Source: Octopus vulgaris (lineage: Eukaryota). Taken from it: 64,000 nt of DNA. Both the position numbers and the translations under genes were made by a program. The stretch is from NCBI GenBank assembly GCA_951406725.2, contig OX597815.1:153264001-153328000 (forward strand). Direction: 5' to 3'. The notes beneath the pieces were generated by a model. That model ran no database searches. It was not told the origin of the DNA and worked only from the letters and a program-made list of their open reading frames with translations. Below, piece by piece: positions 56,529-64,000 of the stretch (position 1 is its first letter; each line of letters starts with the position of its first letter).

Positions 56529-56995
56529 CATATGAAATGTATATATATGATATATATATATGATGTATATACATGATATATTTATATATGTATTACTCTT
56601 TTACTCTTTTACTTGTTTCAGCCATCTGACTGCGGCCATGCTGGAGCACCGCCTTTAATCGAGCAACCCGACCCCGGGACTTATTCTTTGTAAGCCCAGT
56701 ACTTATTCTATCGGTCTCTTTTGCCGAACCGCTAAGTAACGGGGACATAAACACACCAGCATCGGTTGTCATGCAATGCTAGGGGGACAAACACAGACAC
56801 ACAAACACATACATATAAATATATATATATACGACAGGCTTCTTTTCAGTTTCCGTCTACCAAATCCACTCACAAGGCTTTGGTCGGCCCGGGGCTATAG
56901 CAGAAGACACTTGCCCAAGATGCCACGCAGTGGGACTGAACCCGGAACCATGTGGTTGGTAAGGAAGCTACTTACCACACAGCCACTCCTGCGCC
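56312..56995. mobile_element. Inverted pair of SINE family B copies (56312-56465 +, 56595-56995 -)
   Basis: The 5' half on + is followed by (TA)n and then a full-length copy on -; the shared 5' ~150 bp are mutually complementary. Confidence 0.85.
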
Positions 56996-57256
56996 TATAT
57001 ATATATAGGCCACTCCTGCGCCTGTATATATATATATATATATATATATTTGAAATATACCATGTTGCATATATGCAATGTCATACCTTGATACTATGTG
57101 GACTAAAATCTCCGTTGACAGACCGCTGGTATTTATAGAGTATTAAACTTTCGGTATGCAAATTAGGGTCTCCTTCATAGAGTAACTGCTGCATTTGTTG
57201 AGTATATAAATAGTATGGCTGCTTGTTTCTCTGGAGAGTGTCAGGATGATGTGGAC

Positions 57257-57298
57257 GCTTCTGATGAGAACCCAATAAGGTTCGAAAACCGATTAAGT
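57257..57298 (+). ncRNA. Degenerate minimal hammerhead motif (canonical CUGAUGA)
   Basis: gctt CTGATGA gaacc-caataa-ggttc GAAA accgatt aagt; perfect stem II, damaged stem III relative to a GAAACCGGTC-type motif. Confidence 0.6.
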
Positions 57299-57339
57299 TT
57301 AGCCCGTTTATAATTATATCATTTGTCATATATATGAAA

Positions 57340-57731
57340 CTAGCAGTATCGCCCGGCGATGCTCGGGTTTGTAATGGGAATAACTATATAAGCATTTTTA
57401 GAGAGTCATTGCCAAAGAATAGCAAAAAAATGCATTAAAAATGGAAAAAAAATGATGGTAAATTTTTTTTTAAATCGTTGACTCATCGTAGACATTTTTA
57501 GAGAGTTACTTTCCTTATATAATAGCGAAAAAAATGCATTAAAATGGTAAAAAATGCTGGTAAATTTTTTTTTAAATCGTAGACTCATGCTAATACCCAG
57601 AAGCGCTCGATATGAATCACGACTATAAGATACCCGGTTTTGGTTAAACTGCACCGCAAAATGTGGGAGTAGTTAGGAATCTAAATCGTAGGAGACAGAT
57701 ACTCACACAACTTCACTTTTATATATAAAGA
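57340..57731 (-). mobile_element. Non-autonomous Helitron
   Basis: Minus: 5' TCTTTATATATAAAA ... hairpin cccgagcatcgccggg ... CTAG 3', between A and T; internal ~110-bp tandem repeat. Confidence 0.75.
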
Positions 57732-59376
57732 TATATACATACACGCGCTAGTGTGCTGTGTATGTATACACGATCATGTGTGCTGTGTATGTAAATGTGT
57801 ATCTGCAGAGATATGTTTTTATTTTTTTACTCAAAGATTGATTGATTTGCAGTTGGGAGAGAAAATAAACATGTAACCAATCGAAAGAAATCATAGTGAT
57901 GCTTTGTATTGTCATGATCGGATGAAAATATATGTTCTAAAGGCGGTGTTTGCAAGGTCAATTCAAACTGTGCGATCAATTATCACTATACAGGTGTAAT
58001 ATTTGCTTGCGGAGGGTAAAGTCAGATCATGTGAAACTAAAGTTATCAAATACAAGGTAGTTTAATGGGTAACTTAATTGATATCAATAAAGATTTTATT
58101 GCGGTTTGTTAATAAAAGATATGATGGCCTTATTTTATGCTTTCTGAGTTTCTAGTAGTGATATAAGGAAATTATTGAGTGAAGAAAAAAAGCACTTAGC
58201 GAAACTGGTGGGCTGAGTTTTTTATATTTTTCTCTTTCAATATCAAACCTTATTCGCTTAGATAAAAAGTCGGTTCAATATCCCTTATGTCAATATGTAA
58301 ATATGGCCATTACGACGATATGGTGAACAGCCGGTCACTTAAGGGAAATGCAAGGAGCAATTCAAACTATAATGCACTATGTACACCGTGTGTGCTGTTT
58401 TTATTTGTTTATACTAGTTTATGAATTAATGCTAGATTTACATAGACGTTAATGTTAGACCTAACCCTAACCCTAGCCTCAACTCTAACAGTAGGGTTAG
58501 CATTAAAGCTATGTTTAGATTAAATGCTTGTTTTAAAGTTAGAACACTTAAATGCTTATATAAATATTTTAAGGACTCCTCGATGCAACATTAAACAGCA
58601 ATCTTGTGTTTACTATTTCATATGCATATCCGTTTGGATTTATGCAAATACAAACAATAGGGAAATATATGATGGTGAATAAAAAGATTATGTTTAAATG
58701 GTACACATCTTACATAGGGATTAGTTTAATTCCATTGGTTATTGGAATTCAAAATCAATAACAACAATTCAGAATAGCAACACTTGTTCCCTATCATTAC
58801 GTTTCGGATTTTCTCTCAACCTGGAGAGAATGGTGTCTTTATTTTGTTTCTTCTGATCTCCTAGCAGAGGTGTTTTGAAGTTATTGGAACCTTTTTCAAC
58901 CTCACTTAAAACTCATTGCAACATTATACTTTCTGCTTTCTGACTTTTGCATAGAGTTATTCTTACAAAAAAATCAAGGATGAGCCTTCATTCAAAACCA
59001 TTTCTTTTTTATCATCAGCACTCTTTTTTTGGGGGTTTTTTTTTGCTTCCCTGCTAATCAAACTCCCACTATCATTTATTCCAGTGCTTCAAAAGTAACT
59101 ACATTACCTCCAACCGAACTTTCTTTCTTTGTAAGAAAGCCTTTATAGACTGTGGATATAAACAGTTCTGCTATCTTTCATCTTTTACTTGTTTCAGTCA
59201 ATTGACTGCGGGGCAATGATGGGGTATCGCAGCACTTTAAATTTTATTCTTTCGGTCTTTTTTGCCGAATCACCAGATTACAGGGACGTAAACAAACCAA
59301 CAAGAGATGGAGGAGTTCAAACATAGACACAAAACACACATGCACGCGTGCGTTTGCACATACGCGCACGCGCACG

Positions 59377-59419
<43 letters not shown>

Positions 59420-59579
59420 ATATCGACGGGCTTTCACACAGTTTCTGTTCAACTTCACTCACAAGGCATTGGTCTATCCGATGCTCACAATGGAACCGAA
59501 CCGAAACTAGCTGCGAATGACGGCCATCGTGACGATTGTATTTGTGCCTTGTATATATGTGTGTGTGTGTGTTTGTGTC

Positions 59580-59678
<99 letters not shown>

Positions 59679-59844
59679 TTGTAGTTTTTTGCCAATTTGC
59701 TCACTTGTTTCTATATGCTTATATGTATTCACATCCTTGTTTATGCAGTTACCAATTTATTTCCACTCGCTTATCTGTACCACTCATACATGTGTGTGTA
59801 TTCTTCCAATGCATTTGAATAGACTTACTGGAATGTTAACCGGC

Positions 59845-59884
<40 letters not shown>

Positions 59885-59986
59885 TCTTACGAAAATTACT
59901 CGTTCTAACAATACTAATTGACTCGTCGAATTCTGATTATCATTATCATATTTAAAAAAGAATTCTAATATTGTTTAAATCTTTGA

Positions 59987-60201
59987 GGCGGCATGCTGGC
60001 AGAATCGTTTGAATGACAGGCAAAATGCTACGCGGTATTTTGTCCGTCTTTACGTTCTGAGTTCAATATCCGTCGCGGTCGACTTTGCCTTTCATCCTTT
60101 CGGGATCGATAAAATAAGTATCAGTTGAGCACTGGGGTCGATGTCATCGACTTTCTCCTTCCCCTCAAATTGCTGACCTTGTGCTAAAATTTGAAACCAA
60201 T
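59987..60201 (+). mobile_element. SINE family A just upstream of the NKY acceptor
   Basis: Full head and body (gcctttcatcctttcgggatcgataaaataagta); ends about 70 bp before the AG at 60271. Confidence 0.88.
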
Positions 60202-60229
60202 ACTATTTAATAATTTCTTTTAGTTATAG

Positions 60230-60272
60230 TTTTTTTATTCATACTTTTTATTTCTTTTCTATTATTTTTCAG
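60230..60272 (+). other. Splice acceptor (polypyrimidine tract plus CAG)
   Basis: tttttttattcatactttttatttcttttctattatttttcAG|G ATG. Confidence 0.8.
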
Positions 60273-60273
60273 G

Positions 60274-60630
60274 ATGGGAATAAATATAATTCATGTGCTC
60301 TGTCTCGTCGCGGTGTTTGCTTCAAGCGTACATTCATTGCCGAAGCGGAATGACCATGTTATTACTCTGCGTTCGTTACGACAAACCGGCCTCAGTGATT
60401 CTGACAGTCGAGCATTACTTCAAGCATACATTCTCGGAAAGCTATCCAACGTAGACATTGCCGGTAACAAGGAAGCAGACAATTCAGATTATACTACCAT
60501 TAAGAGGAAAGCATTTTGGAGACCTATGGGTTACCTTCCTTTTGATAACCATGGCGGTAGTGGCGCTAGCAGCAGCAACGATAACTCTCCCAGTGGAGGC
60601 ACAGGATCTGCTGTATTCAGATATGGTTAA
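60274..60630 (+). CDS. NKY: NKY (neuropeptide KY) precursor, 118 aa
   Basis: Hydrophobic signal peptide (~1-21), KR sites at residues 24-25 and 77-78, and a 39-aa mature peptide K79-Y117 (KAFWRPMGYLP...SAVFRY) followed by an amide-donor Gly and stop. The N-terminal K, FWxP motif and C-terminal RY-amide match lophotrochozoan NKY peptides. Confidence 0.92.
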   Translation: MGINIIHVLCLVAVFASSVHSLPKRNDHVITLRSLRQTGLSDSDSRALLQAYILGKLSNVDIAGNKEADNSDYTTIKRKAFWRPMGYLPFDNHGGSGASSSNDNSPSGGTGSAVFRYG

Positions 60631-61400
60631 GCGACTCTGAAATAAAAAAAAAAATCAAATATATAATGAGGAGAGAATTAATGAGTATCAGTATGAACTA
60701 AGTAAAGACCTAACGAGTTGGTTATTGTCTTCAGCGAGGTTGATTCAATTAAAATAGTTATTCTTCTTCACTCGGTTTTTTAAAGTTATTTCATTTTTGT
60801 ATTCTATGATTCTGTGCGTACTACTTGCTTATTTCAGCAGTTACTGAAGAATTCTAAAGAATTACTGGATTACATTTTGCATCTCTTTGTAATCTAAGAA
60901 TGGTGAGTTTGTCAGTTTGTCAGGAATGCTATTATTCGACAATTTCTATTTCTTATCAATATGGGTATTTCATTAAAGTTTAATTTCAGAAATGTGGTGT
61001 TTATTGTTAAGAAGATTTCAAGTGCGAATACTTCTGGGAGTTGAATAAGGAAACGTCCGGAAGCCATGCAAAATATCTAATTGCTGTTCTAATTATATTG
61101 TGAAAAAAACAAGCCTCGGTAGTTTTCCTCTGAGATAAAAAAAAATGTATTCTATGTGTAGGGGTTTTGTATACGAGTCTATTATTTTGGCGCAGTTTGG
61201 TTTATCTATCAAAAAAGAAAACTTTAATGCGTTGTTTTCCGGGGGCGGTTGTTTCTTTCTTTTTTTTGTATTTTGTTAACCACAAAAGATTTCATTATGA
61301 TGCTGTGATAATCGAATTTTGATAGAATTACATTTAAAAGAACAGTATACTTAAATATTAAAGTGCCAAAGGATGTTTGTGAGAAATACAAATGGAAACT
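60631..61400 (+). other. Probable NKY 3' UTR
   Basis: Repeat-free U-rich stretch after the stop; AATAAA at 60641 and ATTAAA at 60748, 60972 and 61357. Confidence 0.45.
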
Positions 61401-61649
61401 TACCTAACAGATAGCCATGAGAGAAATCATATATCATTCATGAGAGACTTAAAATAGATTTAACCCACACATTTAGATTGGACTGCCTATGTTTAGTCCA
61501 CTGCGGGATGAGGGCCTAAGCATCTTCTCTCCTCCAGCTACCGTCTGGTGTGGAGGCTATGAATTTGAGCTTGAGATCATACTGGTTTGATAAGCCCACT
61601 CTGCCACGCTGGCTTGACATGACTTGACAGAGGGATGCAGTTTTTATAC

Positions 61650-61800
61650 TCTTACTCAAAAGTAGTTGAGTCGATTATATCGACCCCCGAAAGAATGAAA
61701 AGCAAAGTTGACTCGACAGAATTTGAACTCAGAACGTAAAGACGGACGAAATGCCGCTAAGCATTTCACCTGGGGAACTAACAGTTCTGCCAGCGTGCTA
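61650..61800 (-). mobile_element. SINE family A
   Basis: gaatttgaactcagaacgtaaagacggacgaaatgccgctaagcattt. Confidence 0.75.
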
Positions 61801-62271
61801 ACGATTGTTAGTTAAATCTGTCAAAGCTATACGATAATTGACATAGATAGTGTGGTAAAAATGCAGAACATCTTTGTAGCATAAAAGTATGAATCATGTA
61901 GAAAAGACCTGACAAGAAATATTAAAGGGTGTGACAAATGATATTCTTTTATTCATTTATTTGTTTTAGTCCTTTGAGGGGGACCATGCTGGAGTACCGC
62001 CTTGAAGGATTGATTTTAGTCGAACAAATCGACCACAGGACTTATTTTTTAAGCCTAGTACATATTCCATCGTTTTCTTTTGCCGAACTGCTAATTTACG
62101 GGGACGTAAACACATCAAAACCAGTTGTCAAGTGATGATGGCGTGACAAATGCAGACACAAAGACACACACACACATATACATACGCACACACACATAGA
62201 TAAATACATACGTACACACACACAGAGATAAATACATACGTACACACACACACATACACACCATATATATA

Positions 62272-62330
<59 letters not shown>

Positions 62331-63264
62331 CTTAGGGTTTCTTTTCGTACGCCCACCTACTTTTTTTGTTTTTTGTTTTTTGGCTCGCCTTCACAGCTAG
62401 AAAAGATGAAGAAAGACAAGACGAGGGGATTAAATGCTTTACTTTGCGAAATTTCGATCATCGAATCACTGATCAGAGGAAGAGACATTTGGCTAATGAT
62501 TTCTTGGTCCGTGCCACAGAAAAAGTGTCTACACGATCGCTTGACCTGCAAGAATTAGATATCAAATTGTTTTCAACCCACATTCTAAATCTTAAAAGGA
62601 TCATGGGACATTAGATAGTGTAGATCTGGATGCATAAAGTCTGAAAAGAAAGTGGGAAAATGGTAGTTTAGTCATGGTCTCATCATCTTTGGTCATAAAT
62701 CTATACCCCCATGATTAATTTGGGGTTAAACAAAAACAGCAGTAGCATAAAGAACAAAATTTTTGTCAAAATCTTTCTGAACAAGTAGAAACCACGAGTT
62801 AATAATATACTTTAAAATAACCATGCTACAATGTTGTAAGACATGTGGTTTTTAGAGGGTATTACGGTCGCATTCCCTTTTTTTGTCTTAATGAAGTGTG
62901 CCAGGTAAAAATCAAGCTGGCAGTGTCTACCCCTCTCTAAACGATGTCCTTCAGAGAATCTGAACAAATGACAGTAACCTAATAAAACATTCAATTATAC
63001 GGTAATGCAGGTGGATATGTAGAGAAAGTTTGATAAGTAAATATATCGGCCATGGATATATCTCATCATCTCTCACGTGATATGAAACCTAGACATTTCA
63101 CGACCAAGGGGAACTAAATAAAACAAGTTATACGGCAAATATTCATATATTTGGAAACAGTTTCGAAAGATGGAACCTTTAGGCGGTCGTTTGGCTTAAT
63201 TCTTCCTCAAATCTAATTCTATCATTATACTAAAAAGAGAAAACATATTAGTTAAAGTTGTTCT

Positions 63265-63523
63265 ACTCTCTTTACTCTTTATTCTTTTACATGTCTCAGT
63301 CATTTGACAGTGGCCATGCTGGAGCACGGCCTTTTAGTCGAGAGCAAATTGACCCCAGGAATAATTCTTTGTAAACCTAGTACTTATTCTATCGGTATTT
63401 TGACGAACCACTATGTTACGGGGACGTAAACACACCAGCATCGGTTGTCAAGCGATTTTGGGGAACAAACATAGACACACAAACATATACATACACACAT
63501 ACATACGTACATACATACATACA

Positions 63524-63598
<75 letters not shown>

Positions 63599-63738
63599 GA
63601 CGAGCTTCTTTCAGTTTCCGTCTACCAAATCCACTCACAAGGCTTTGGTCGGCCCGAGGCTATAGTAGAAGACACTTGCCCAAGGTGCCAAGCAGTGGGA
63701 CTGAACCCGGAACCATGTGGTTGGTAAGCAAGCTACTT
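63265..63738 (-). mobile_element. SINE family B, near full length
   Basis: Reverse complement of 26562-26993. Other degenerate copies lie at ~4650-4805, 5700-5880, 53780-53915, 59185-59470 and 61960-62160. Confidence 0.88.
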
Positions 63739-64000
63739 TATTTCATATAAATTTGCCATAAAGGCATTACAAAGAGTAGCTGCGGGCTGGAGGTGAATGA
63801 TGAAATAAGGATGATATTGATGAGAGAAGGCAAAAACGCCCGCCGATTTTCTTCTTCTCTATAACATTGTTCTTTTTTTAAACAAAATAAACAAAGCGAG
63901 GTATTGAACCTCTTACAACAGTTTTTACAGTTTTTTGGACATAATAGTCCATTACAAATATCAACATGCAAAATATATTCAATAAACAATCAACATTAGT

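Noticed and set aside
58460-58500. CCCTAA telomere-like repeats
   Set aside because: Only 2-3 degenerate units; too short to call an interstitial telomere.

Overview
Eukaryotic, AT-rich, microsatellite-dense DNA. The SINE families and the neuropeptide sequence point to an octopod cephalopod (Octopus-like) genome; this is an inference. Only one credible host gene is present: a single-coding-exon NKY-type neuropeptide precursor (60274-60630, +; mature peptide KAFWRPMGYLP...VFRY-amide). A TATA/Inr/splice-donor module at 22573-22686 is a good candidate for its promoter and non-coding first exon, implying a ~37.6 kb intron. The rest is transposon debris: four tRNA-derived SINE families, RLE-type (R4/Dong-like), CR1-like and Tx1/L1-like LINE fragments, mariner/Tc1 relics, a nest of non-autonomous Helitrons, and Penelope-like termini. 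The most unusual signal is a set of at least 7-9 minimal type I hammerhead-ribozyme motifs from different repeat families. Several have non-textbook cores (CCGANGA = U4C; UUGACAA = C3U/G8A covariation), and three lie sense-strand inside the predicted NKY intron. Almost all listed ORFs are microsatellite artefacts. Family names are from motif recognition, not database searches.
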